Shown: positions 26,670 through 39,213, numbered from the stretch's first letter. The stretch is DNA of 64,000 nucleotides from Octopus vulgaris (GCA_951406725.2 OX597833.1:16864001-16928000); one strand, 5' to 3'. The notes: generated from the sequence alone by a model not told the origin. Numbers and translations: made by a program.

Positions 26670-27420
26670 GCGTGGATGGTTTCTGGTTCTGATATGACTA
26701 TCATATTGTCATCTGGACAATCGCTTTCATGAATATGATCGAATACGGTTTTAATGACAATTTCGTGTCTCATTCAATGCAGACATTTTTGGACAGCCCT
26801 GATGCAGTGTATGCTATCTTCCACTCTCTTATGTTCTACTCTCTTGTATTTAGCATTTTCGATCGCAAACTTGAGTTCGAGAGGTTTCCTTATCTTCCTT
26901 GTCGATTAAATATTTACTATCTATTTCCCGTTCCTGGACAGCAAATGCGAAGTCTTCTAGATGACATGTGATGTATATATGTATCGTGTATCCATGCATA
27001 TCTCTGCTGGTAAGATTACTATTTCTATCCCAAGTTTCTGTTTAAGTAGATTAATTCGGTTAGCCTTGATGCATATGGAGCAATTGTGCTTTCAGATGAC
27101 CTATTCTAGAGTTCTTTACTTAATATCATCAATTTATTATTTTCGCTGTCGTATAACGCTTGTAATGTTTTCATTCTTGTCGTTGGCGTCCAGTAGGTGT
27201 TGTCTGAGTGACATGATGCAGCAATCATTGGCAGTCTGAAATGAATTATTCCCAATTATTCCCTTGCTCACATCTCTCCTTTTATCATAGATCCTATCAG
27301 TGTTTCTATTGATGTGAAGGCTTTTCACTCGTTGCTTGTTTCTTCGATATCCAAGTTCTGATATCCGAGTTGTGGATTTCTTCCAGTGTCCATTTTAGAG
27401 CAAGTATTAAAGGTTAGTAC
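26670..27420 (-). pseudogene. RLE-type (R4/Dong-like) non-LTR retrotransposon remnant
   Basis: Minus-strand fragments AFAVQEREIDSKY, GCPKMS...MRHEIVIKTVF (post-zinc-knuckle RH motif); heavily degraded. Confidence 0.5.
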
Positions 27421-27462
27421 GGGAACGTAAACACACCAACACCTTTTGTCAAGCGGTTTTGG

Positions 27463-27505
<43 letters not shown>

Positions 27506-28544
27506 ACATACATATGTGTGTGTGTGTGTGTTTTATGGAGCTTTGATTTTTATACTATCTGAAGTTTGCTGCATTAGTGTTTTTCTGCCCATCGCACAAA
27601 TCCAAGACAAGCAGAGTGTGTTTGTAGTTGTGTGGGGGAAAGCACAAGCTCAAATAAATCCATATATAATTGGTACTCCGTCCGTTACGATGACGACGAC
27701 GACCACGAGGAGCCCAGAAGATCCGATCAACGGAACATCCAGCTCGTGAAATTAATGTGCAAGTGGCTGAGCACTTTACAGATACGTAGTACACTTAACG
27801 TAGTTCTCAGGGAGATTCAGCGTGACACAGAGAGTGACAAAGCTGACCCCTTGAAATACAGGTACAACACATTTTTGCCAGCTGAGTGAGCTGAAGCAAC
27901 GTGAAATAAAGTGTCTTGCTCAAGGACACAACGCGTCGCCGGGAACTGAACTCGCGACCCCACGATGGTGAGCCGAACATCCGAACCACTAAGCCACGCC
28001 TCTTTATATGTGTGTGTGTTTACTTGTGTGTGCATTTATATATATCTATATATTTATCTCTCTGTTTATCTCCCTGGCTATCTATGAATGTATAGTTCTA
28101 CACAGAACTATCTTTTACGGTAGAAGACAACACTTGCACAAGGTGCCGCACCAAGGGAGTGAACCCAAAACCATACGTTTACAAGTCTGGATTCTTAACC
28201 ACATAACCATGCCTGCATCTATACGGAAAAGATGATGCTACATAGATGTTATTACAGGCATTCAAGGTTTCCGCGAAGCACAGCATTTGCTTATGCTGCC
28301 TTGAGCATGTCATCACCTCTTGCTCCTTATCACTCACTTTGTCATGCTTATTGTGAAACAGATTTCCACTTATCAAGTCAACAGCTTTACTTATGTGCAA
28401 GAGATGATAGCATACACCAGCAAACTGCTTGTTATTGATTTTGTTGTTGCTGTTGTTATTAGTGTTGTTGTTGCTTAATCTCATTCAGATCTCATTGTGC
28501 AAGTCTGTGAGCGAAGTCACAGCAGCTGCATTATCGCATCTTTT

Positions 28545-28601
<57 letters not shown>

Positions 28602-28691
28602 TATATATATGTGTGTGTGTGTGTGAGCGCGTGTATCGTTGGCGATTTTTTTTCTCCGTCTTCCCTTCCTTGGACTTTTCCTTTTTGCTAT

Positions 28692-28726
28692 ATTTCTGAC
28701 GAAGAGCTCCGCTCGAAACGTTAAAT
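28692..28726 (+). ncRNA. Minimal type I hammerhead ribozyme motif in a Penelope-like short element (28627-28830)
   Basis: ATTT-CTGACGA-A-GAGC(TCC)GCTC-GAAA-CG-TT-AAAT: stem I ATTT/AAAT, stem II GAGC/GCTC, palindromic stem III. Confidence 0.8.
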
Positions 28727-28827
28727 CCTCCTTCCTTCTTTCCTTCTTTCCTGAGCGTCCAATAAGACTATATTTGTTCCACGTCCTCGCGTTGTTGTGT
28801 TTTGTCTTTGTTCATTTTCGGATTAAC

Positions 28828-28893
<66 letters not shown>

Positions 28894-28917
28894 CTTTTCT
28901 ATTGCACTTTTTATAAT

Positions 28918-28962
28918 ATTTTTGATAAGGTTCGTTTTTTCAAGAACCGAAACATGTAAAAT
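28918..28962 (+). ncRNA. Minimal type I hammerhead motif, U3-A8 core variant
   Basis: ATTT-TTGATAA-GGTTC(10-nt loop)GAACC-GAAA-CATG-TA-AAAT: perfect stems I and II, palindromic CATG stem III, GUA cleavage triplet. Confidence 0.7.
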
Positions 28963-29138
28963 TCATAAGAAAATTAAAATTTATCTAATATAGTGGCGTT
29001 TTCAAACTTCTTTTTTACAAATATATACCCACTCGTATACGATCTACTCTTATTATAAATATATAGATCGCCATATTGATTCGCTAGCCTCTGCACGCAT
29101 TTTTTTCTCTCCTTCTTTCTGTGTTTCTTCTCTGTGTA

Positions 29139-29176
29139 TCTTTCTGTTGAAGAGCGTAGGCTCGAAACGTTAAAGA
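29139..29176 (+). ncRNA. Minimal type I hammerhead motif, CUGUUGA (A6U) variant, in element 29065-29306
   Basis: TCTTT-CTGTTGA-A-GAGC(GTAG)GCTC-GAAA-CG-TT-AAAGA. Confidence 0.7.
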
Positions 29177-29303
29177 CTTGTTTTATTTATATTCCTGAGC
29201 GCCATACTAATACAATTGTTTGTTTGTATTCCACCTGCCTTCGTCTTTTGTTTATTTCCGTAAACCTGCCTTCGTCTTTTGTCTATTTTCATAAAGCTTC
29301 CCG

Positions 29304-29357
<54 letters not shown>

Positions 29358-29547
29358 TCAAAAGACATACTAAGTATGTCTGCCTGCTAGATTAGTATGT
29401 CCTTTGATTAATTTTAATCCCTCGGCTATTTAATGCTATTTTTTTAGCCTGCTATCGCCTGTGTCATTGACTCTGTTATTATCACTTTTAAAATAGTTAC
29501 ATTGGATAATAATAGAATTAATGACACCTTCGTAAATTAATATATAT

Positions 29548-29617
<70 letters not shown>

Positions 29618-29780
29618 AGAATGGAAAGTTCTGTATATACGTGGGATAGGTATATAAGAAAGAAAAATCGTTTGATCGAGAAACCGGTAGTTATTTAATT
29701 TGTAATGATGTAATATGGCCCTAATATCACCATAAATTTTATTATACACACTTTCTGTGACTCTCACATTTCTTTTCTTT

Positions 29781-29881
<101 letters not shown>

Positions 29882-30140
29882 CTACGGTGAGCTGGCAAAA
29901 TCGTTAATAGAACCGACAAAATACCCGTAGTTCTTCTGGTTCTTTTCGTACTGAGTTCACATATCGTCGAGGTCGATTTGCCTTTCATCTTCCCGGGGTC
30001 GATAAAATAAGTACCTATGAAGGACTAGGATGGGTGTAATCCCCGCCCCTCAAACTAGCTGATCTTGTGCCAAAATTTGAAGGAATTTATACAGAACAAC
30101 ATTATCCGAGTGCTGGTATAATTCTTTCTATTATAGGCAC

Positions 30141-30688
30141 TGTTATGTCGCACGCCCGATGATTCTACTCAACTCGACTCTCCCGACTGCTTCTCAAATC
30201 TGTCCTTGACGTCCAGGCTTCTCCCTCTATATCTACGTATTGGGCTAGCCTACTTCATCGCCTGGGGGTGTCTGCTCAACACATCCCCCTTTTGAGTTTT
30301 TTTTAAAACTCGAATTTATCAATTTTATTTCCTCTGTGAGAAACTGGCATATCTTTTCCTCTTAGCGTTAATTTCCATCATTTCTGTAGGTCTTCTCTTC
30401 CTGTTCGACCTACGTATCGGTTCTGCTTTTGCTTGTGGTTCTGGGACCTCGAACACTTTTGCTTGTGGTTCTGGGACCCGGAACAAATCATACCATAAAT
30501 CCATTGGGATATTCCCGCGTGAGTTCAAATCTCATCCTATTCGTCACTGTTATGTCGCACGTTCGGGGATTCTACTTAACTCGACTCTTTCGACTGCTAC
30601 ACAGCTCTGTCCTTGACGTCTAGGCTTCTCCTTCTATATCTACGTGTTGGGCTAGCCTACTTCATCGTCTGGGGGCGTCCACACAACA
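30141..30688 (-). mobile_element. TRIM-like / internally deleted Ty3-gypsy LTR element
   Basis: Two 141-bp TG...CA LTRs (30141-30281, 30548-30688; 19 differences by hand count). 5-bp TSD GGCAC (30136-30140, 30689-30693). PPT AAAAGGGGGATG abuts the 3' LTR on minus. tRNA-Ser-derived PBS at 30497-30546. Residual integrase-tail-like peptide IRRSNRKRRP. Inserted into a MetaSINE tail. Confidence 0.9.
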
Positions 30689-30879
30689 GGCACAAAGCCT
30701 GAAATTTTGAGAGGAGGGGGCAAATCAAACACATCGACTCTGGTGCTTCACTGGTGATCTATTGACCTCAAGTGCATATAACGAAATGCTCAAAGCAGAA
30801 GTCAGTACAAAAAGCTTTCTGAAAATAATATGAACGAACACGACAAAGTTGTCATGTTTTCTACCCGCCTCTCTTCCAT

Positions 30880-30951
30880 TGACAACAAAACAATATTGAA
30901 TAAGGTTTTATGATATCGGTTTTATTGTAAAAATAAGTACAGAAATTTATT
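30880..30951 (-). terminator. Probable polyadenylation site of the RGK mRNA
   Basis: Two AATAAA on the minus strand (30951-30946, 30926-30921), preceded by a U-rich run and followed by GU-rich TTGTTTTGTTGTC. Marks the end of a long SINE-free stretch below the stop codon. Confidence 0.5.
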
Positions 30952-31775
30952 CAACAAAGTGGAAAAAAAAACAAAAAAAAAAACAATAAGTAGAATAACA
31001 TAGAGAAATGGTCGGAATTGCTGACATTCATGAATTCATTCTTGAAGACTGCCATACTAATATACATAAATATATATATACATATATGTATATATAAATA
31101 TATATGCCCCTCTGTATATACATTGATATGTATATTCAAACTCTCACACATTCACGCACAAACATTCACACTCAGATATTTATATGAATTTATCATAGAC
31201 AATATTAAATTATTATAGGCTTATATGATGCCTGTTATCATAGCATATATGCTTATTTGGACAAGTTACAAATAAATTCAATACTGAATCACGGCAAGAA
31301 TGTTTCATAATAGATGTTGAAAATTAAAAAAAAAAATCACCCAGTTATTCACACAGTCTTAACATTGTATATGTGTATATATATTTGTGTGTGTTTCTAG
31401 ATTGCTCTGCACGTATATGTTGTCAGCATGAGGGATTGCGTTTATGTCTGTGTGTCTGTGTATATATTTATGGATATAAATATGCTAGTTATATATAGAA
31501 AATATAGACACAAATATATATGTGTATATTGTATATATATATATTTTACCAAAAAAATTTTTTTTCAAAGTCTAAAAGTCACTTCTGACATATTATCATA
31601 TATTATGCATTCACGTTATAACAGTAAATATATCACGTGGATTTTTATAACCCACGTGATTCATGTGTCACAGCCCTTCACAACGGTTTGCTTCTTCAAA
31701 TACAAAAGAGGTATGATTTCTTTTCATTTTGATAGTATAGAATTTGATATCATGAAATGGATATATACATATACG

Positions 31776-31806
<31 letters not shown>

Positions 31807-34310
31807 GAATGTATGTATATGTATATATATATGTATGATATGAATTTTTTCTGAGATGTATGATGATAATAAATGCAGATTTTAATTTTACTTTTTACTT
31901 TTTTTCAATAAAAATTTTCACTAGGCACGAATAAGACAAATATATGGGCATGGAAATTGGGAAGATGTGGCTTTCATACTTTTCACTTGCTGAGTTTATA
32001 ATCAGTGTTTATACAATGAAATGGATACAACCGGAATTTTTTTTAAATCTTTGTTGTTTTATAATAAAACACTAATGTACCTACTCGAAAAGTCTGTATA
32101 CATACATACATACATACATACATCAATATATATATGTGTGTGTGTATGTATATATATATATAAACACACAATAACGCATATATATGAGTATGTATGTGTA
32201 TATGTGGATATTCATTCGCAATAATAATTGCTTAGAGAAGTGCAATATAAGGTTTCAATAATAATTTTGCAAGTATATTTTTACGTCAAAATTCCTATAG
32301 AATTTATTCAATTTTTCTTCTTCTGATTCTGTAATACAAGCTTTCGAAAACCGAAACACCTAACAGATGCATTACGTAAATCACATGATGTAAATCTAGT
32401 GTTTCGGTTATTACTGACGTTGTTATTAAAAAAATAATTGTAAATTAAAATATCAATTTCTTTATTTCTTCGGCAAAAGGCAAAAATTATTAGAGGAAAT
32501 GAATAAGGATAAAGGCCTCCTGTTATCTAGTTTCAGAGTATAGAAATACTATATTCCGTACGTCACGAGAATGACGAATGCGTTTAAGTCACAAAGCTTG
32601 ATATATTTTCTGTTGGGGAGGTAAATGAATGTTTTTATTGCGTTAGCATGGTTATAATTATGAACATTATGGTAATTATTAAATCCTTTAAATGAACAGT
32701 ATTATATATATAAGTGTGTGTTTGTGTGTGTGTATAAATATATATGTGTATATTTATAGATATATACGTGTATGTGTATGCATGCGTATATACATCGTAA
32801 TGAAGATTGTTATGATGGTTATGATAGCAGTAATTTAATATCGACGTATAAATGTAAATCCTTGAACTTATATGAAATGTTTCGACGGCATCGAAAGATT
32901 ATCGGGTTGGGTTAATAGTTTAGGTGATTATTATCTATATACGGAAGTAACTTCTTTGCTCTCCATTCTTAACTGAGTGCAAATCAGCTAAACATATTCT
33001 ACGGGTCAAGCTTACGGGGACTGTACTGCGTTTTATCTTAATTCACACTGCTGCATAAAATAAACAGCTTAGCAATAAAATGTAGTACATCTGAACTTGA
33101 GGCACAAAGAGGTATGCTTCAGTTAAAATAAGATGAACTGGTTTCAAAAACAAATTGGAAAAATGGAGCAAAACAAATGAACCATTAACATCAATCACCA
33201 GTCACATTTCGCCATCTTAAGGCAGCAATATTGGTTTCAGTTTTCCTTAACAGGAAATATTTCATACAACATATATATACATATGTATATATATGCACAA
33301 GCATAATTGTCAGCTCATGTTACTGGCAAATTCAAAATCTCTCAATGCCGCATAATGTGGCTGAAATGATTTTCTTCAGATATGGTTTACTTCTGAACCG
33401 GGATCACTGTACATGTTAAGTGTCCAAAGCAATTCATATACATATACATATATATACATATATATATGCATATGTATATATGTATGTATATATATATATA
33501 TATATACATATATATATACATACATGTAATATATACATGTTTGCGTGAGTATATAAATATACGTATGCATATGTACGCATAGTTACATATTTATACATAT
33601 GTTGCATGCGTATATAAATATATATATATATTACGTATCTCTATTTTTATATATAGGTACGTATACTGTGGCAACTTTGTATATATTTACATATATGGAT
33701 ATAAGTATATATAAGTATATATATACATACATATATACATATATTTTAATACATATATGTGTGAGTGTGTGTTTGTGTGTATATATATATTGATATATAT
33801 GTATATATATATTAGACACAAACACACACACATGCATATACGTACATATATATAGGCATGTATATATGTATGTAAACAAATGTATACACACATATACACA
33901 CATACATATATATATATAAACATTCTATGTTCATGTACGCTTGCCATTCAACCAATCTGAGGCTTTTGTATAAAAAAAAAAAAATATATGATATATTTAA
34001 ATTTTGAATATGAATTTTCAAAGCCTTGATTTTCTTTTTATATTTCCGGCTTCTCTGATGATATTCAATATTTAAAACAAAAATTATATTTTGATGGTTT
34101 AATGTGATGAAAAGATGCTTGATTGTCTTGCTAAATAAGATTTGGGTGTTTTCAAAAAAAAAAATTAGATTCTAAGTGCATAAATAAAATTAAGGTTTGA
34201 GTAAATATAAATGCACTCACACATAAAGATTTCGGTTTGGGTGTAAAAATACAAAATACACCCATTACAAGATTTGGTGCCTCATGGATAAAAAAAATGA
34301 ATTTAGTGTA

Positions 34311-34439
<129 letters not shown>

Positions 34440-34507
34440 TATATATAGATATATAGATATATATATGTATGTATGTATGTATGTATATATATGTATATAT
34501 ATATATT

Positions 34508-34540
<33 letters not shown>

Positions 34541-35154
34541 GTATGTGTGTGTATGTATGTACGTACGTACGTATATATATACATCTTATGAAAAAAAATT
34601 AAATGATGCAATTACTTTAATTTCTTAATCTTTAGATGTTTTCAATTCTTTATGAATTAGAAATGAATACACCACATTGCTGTATATGCGTGTGTGTGTA
34701 AGTGTATATATTTAGGTATGTACGTGTATCAGGAACCTTTGTGTTCTTCACAAAGTACCATGTTGCTGCCACTTAGATTTGTAATACAGCTTGTCAACTC
34801 TTTGATTTGATTACAGCTGTGTATTTTTACGTTTTATTTCCCTTGACACGAAGATCGACAAATGGACACTCTGACAACTTGAACAGTGTTATTCATACTA
34901 TCAATAAATATTTTAGCTTGGATCCTTCAAACCGAAGCAGTCCAGCTTATAATGATGATTAATGTTGAACAAAACAAAACAGCGGCCATTTTAAGATAAT
35001 GTGTGTTTTTACGATGAGTAACATAAGATCGTGAAATGATGTGATTTTATATGTATTTATATAATGTCAATGATATTTTATGTAGAGAATGTCATTTGCA
35101 TTGAAGCCTCTGCAACAAAGGAACATTTGAGGAAAAAAAAAAAGCTGGAAGTGT

Positions 35155-35417
35155 TTATAGATCAAACAGGTTATCACAAGACTTGACCTTCCTGGAGTTT
35201 TTTTTGAAAATCTTGCTGATCAGGGAGCGCCTGGTCTTCGTTCGCCTGTTCTTGTTCTTTTTGTTGGTGAGTGTTTGGCTGTTCTCTTGAACGTGAATGT
35301 TTAATTTCAATCGTATTTGGCTTAGGCTGCCGACCAAGAGATCGTCAATTTGATGGTTCAACGCCGCAGATGTTTCGATATATTTGCAGTCGTAGTTCAC
35401 AGCAATGCTTCGTGCTT
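35155..35417 (-). CDS. RGK-family GTPase, last coding exon (G5 ETSA, polybasic tail, C-7 motif)
   Basis: Acceptor TTTCTTTGTCATTGTAG|AA. Encodes (E)ARSIAVNYDCKYIETSAALNHQIDDLLVG...KIFKKNSRKVKSCDNLFDL-stop. The ending matches the RGK KSCxxLxxL signature with no CAAX box. Spliced CDS 631+264+263=1158 nt, 385 aa. Confidence 0.95.
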
Positions 35418-35802
35418 CTACAATGACAAAGAAAAGAAAAGGAAATTTTTTATAAAATTTATATATTTTAGATGTTTTCAAGGAAATTTTGTGAATTAGA
35501 AATTATAAGGAAGTTTTTAAAGGCTAAGACGAAAAATAATAATAGAATTAAGACGAAAAAAAAATTATAACAGTTTCAAACTTCGGCACAATGTCAGCAA
35601 TTCCGGGAATGGGAGTAAATCGATTATATCGATCCCAGTGCTCAACTGGTACTTATTCTATCGATTCCGAAAGGATGTAAGGCAAAAAACGACAGCGGCG
35701 ACGCTTTGAGCTCAGAACATAAAGACAGATGACATACCACTAAGCATTTTGCACGGCGCACTAACAATTCTGTCCTCATACTACTACTACTACTACTACT
35801 AC

Positions 35803-35851
<49 letters not shown>

Positions 35852-36394
35852 CACACCAACAACGTCAATATACATGAAGCTGAAGGTTGTGGTGATGATA
35901 AATGTTATAACATAATATAGAATTACTACAAAAAAAAATTATTGCCAAGGTAAAAAAAAAAGTCATGGTAAACACACTTGTAGTAAATACCTGAAGCGCC
36001 ATGAACACATATTCACCTGTATTTTTTTTGTTGTTGTTGTTGATAAAGGTCCCCCCCACTTTCCTCCCCACTTCCCTCTTCATCTTTCTATTTTTATCTT
36101 CTACTCAGGCAACAACTATGTGAACTGACGACATGGATTACATTCTAGGAATACATCTACACCTGTATGTACAAGTGTGTGTATAAATGTATGTGTGTAT
36201 GCGTGTATGTGTGCAGGTATATATGTTTGTGTGTGTGTGCGTGGAAGCATGGATTTTGTGTATGTAAGTGTGTGTATATATTTAAGCACGTATCTTTAGG
36301 AGTACTTACTAACATGTATAAGCGTAGCATACATGGTATGTATGCTTGTATGTAGACAGGTCTGTTATGTGTAAAATTATTCTTATATATGTAT

Positions 36395-36448
<54 letters not shown>

Positions 36449-36555
36449 GATATACATGCATAAACACACACATACACATATACATATATATTACATATAT
36501 GATATATAAATATGTATGTATATATAGTATATATATGATATATAAATATATATAT

Positions 36556-36616
<61 letters not shown>

Positions 36617-37343
36617 ATGTAAATATGCAATGTATGAATGCAATGTGTGTAATAACGTGATAAAGAACAGTTTTTGAGAGTTGAGTCTATCTTTAGTCAT
36701 GTCTTGACTACTCGCTGGCTCAACAGTACTTCGCTGTGAGTGGTCGGTCGATTACTCTCCAAGAAATCCTACTCTTGCTACTACCCAACCACGCCATTAG
36801 GGTGTCTGTTGCCAGAGTTATTCGCTTCTCACTCTTTACTAAAGAACTTTATTCTCCATAAAATCTATTTTTAATCTTTCAAGCAGGAGGCTGTTACGTG
36901 GTATGACTTTGCTCTCTTCAGCATTCAACTATGAATCATTGAATCACCAAACACTGCACAGACAATCAGCGCTACCTACATGAAGAGTGAGAGTGTAATG
37001 TATGTGTGTGTGTGTGTGTGTGCGAGTATGTGCACGTGTGCGCACATATGTGTGCGTGTGTGTGTGTTTATGTATATAAATCTTCTCTGGGTATTAAATT
37101 TGTTTAACAAGAAAAGATAATCATAACTGCTTATGTATACAGCTTGACCTTGTATAAATTTAAGCTTCAATATTTAAATCTCTTTAAAAAAATATCATTA
37201 GGTTTCCGCGGTAGAATTACCACAATAAACGACTTGGACATTTTTAAAGATTCTTTGTGAGTCAAACGTAGTTGAATAAAACTATCAGATATACCTATGA
37301 TATATTTTGACGGAGATGAAAAAGATTAATTGTAATATACATA

Positions 37344-37379
<36 letters not shown>

Positions 37380-38381
37380 AACAAAATCTAGCGAGTAAAT
37401 TTAGGGATTTACATAGATGACGGACTAATCCAATTCTGGTGATAAGATGGCCACCAAATAGATAAGTTTAGAACGGCACAATGAAAACGTTCAAAAATTT
37501 AAGCCTAACAATTAATGTCATTCCATTAGCTTAAGTAAATATTTAGATATAAATATTAAGATAAATTCTATTAAATGCAAAAAATATAATATATTTACAA
37601 TGAGCTCTTATAATATATTCACAGATGCTTTTCAACCATACAAACTTCTACCGTTGTATGAACGCACAAACCATATATTTAGTAAGGGTGCGCAGTCTCG
37701 TGCATGTGAATTTGCAGACGTTGATGCAACATAATGTGTGGTTGACTCATACATGTTTTGTGGTTTTTCAAAGTAGTTTATGGTATTTATGATTTGGAGC
37801 GAAGTATTTTAGTGGTAATTTGAAAAGGTATTTATTTCAGTCCCTTCAGAATACAAACTAATACGAGAATGTAAGGAGACACTGCTTTTCCGCAACAACA
37901 GACAGGTGGGGATGATAAATTCAGTCTTCAAAGAGGAAGATTTACACTAAGATATTTCCTTAGAGATATGCTTCCTGTATTCTTTTTTAGAGTCAAATTC
38001 TTCAGATCTCCTCATGATACTTAAGATGCTAAACCCTAGTAAAGATGTCTCATAGCAAAATCTAAATTTGGAAATAAAAAACATATTTACGCGTTCTCCA
38101 TTTAAAATCATTAAAGAAATTATAATAATTTTTTTTTTTTTTTCTTTTTTAAGGTGGCAATCTGGTAGAATCGTTAACACGCCGAGCAAAAGGCTTAGCA
38201 ATGTTTCATTGTTCTTAACATTCTTAGTTCAATTACCACCGAGGTCAACTTCCTCTTTCATACACTCGGGGGCAATAAAATAAGTAATAATTGAAGGCTG
38301 GGGTCGATGCAATCGACTTGGCCCGCCCCCCCAAAAAAATTGCTGGCCTTGTGCCGAAATTTGAAGTTATCATTATTATTA

Positions 38382-38484
<103 letters not shown>

Positions 38485-38535
38485 CTCATTAACATTTACG
38501 ATTAAAAGGCGAAAGATAATGATTTTATAACTTAC

Positions 38536-38799
38536 CATCACTGCTAACTTCCCGTTTTCTGACTAGGTCAATTTTATTGGCAACCAAAATAACTGCCCGG
38601 TCACTACCCATGTCTTGTCTGAGTAAGTGTAGGATATCAATGGCGGATTTGTATGAGGAGCGATCAGTTATGGAATACACAACCAAATAACCATCGAAGT
38701 TCATGTTTTCCAAGTAATTCTCATCAAAACCATCGGTGAATTCCATGGTGGATTCTTCTCCGTCCAATAACACGGATACGGTGTTTTCCCAATCGGCTT
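38536..38799 (-). CDS. RGK-family GTPase, coding exon 2 (G3 region, G4 NKID)
   Basis: Acceptor TTGTTGCAG|AA and donor GAT G|GTAAGT; 264 nt, phase 1-1. Encodes (E)ADWENTVSVLLDGEESTMEFTDGFDE...YLVVYSITDRSSY...AVILVANKIDLVRKREVS, typical of RGK G domains. Confidence 0.95.
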
Positions 38800-39005
38800 C
38801 TGCAACAACGATGAAATATTACATTTAGAATAATGCATTGAAAAATTAAAAGAAATAAGTATATCGGTAAAATAAGGGCCTGTATGCATTTGTTGTTGTT
38901 GTTGTGTATGTGTATGTGTGAGTGTGTGCGTGTGTGTGTGTAAATGTGCTTTTTCCCAAACTATCTGCTCCTTCTTCCCTTTCCTCTTCTCTGGACTTTT
39001 TCCTC

Positions 39006-39038
39006 GATCCGACGAAGAGCCATGCTCGAAACGTCGTT
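39006..39038 (+). ncRNA. Degenerate hammerhead motif in RGK intron 1, antisense to the gene
   Basis: CCGACGA-A-GAGC(CAT)GCTC-GAAA-CG-TC; U4C change and weak stem I. Diverged member of the 13.1/28.7 kb family. Confidence 0.5.
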
Positions 39039-39166
39039 TTTACTCTTATTTTTCCATCTAAAACATTTATTGAGTGTTAATCTAATACATTCAGGTTGCA
39101 CATCCAGTTGACATTTACTTTTGTCGTTTTATTGTTTTTTATTCATGGATTGCCGATATCTAAATA

Positions 39167-39213
<47 letters not shown>

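Noticed and set aside
33218-33224. miR-124 7mer-A1 site (TGCCTTA on minus) in the putative 3'UTR
   Set aside because: A single 7-mer in 4 kb is not distinguishable from chance without conservation data.
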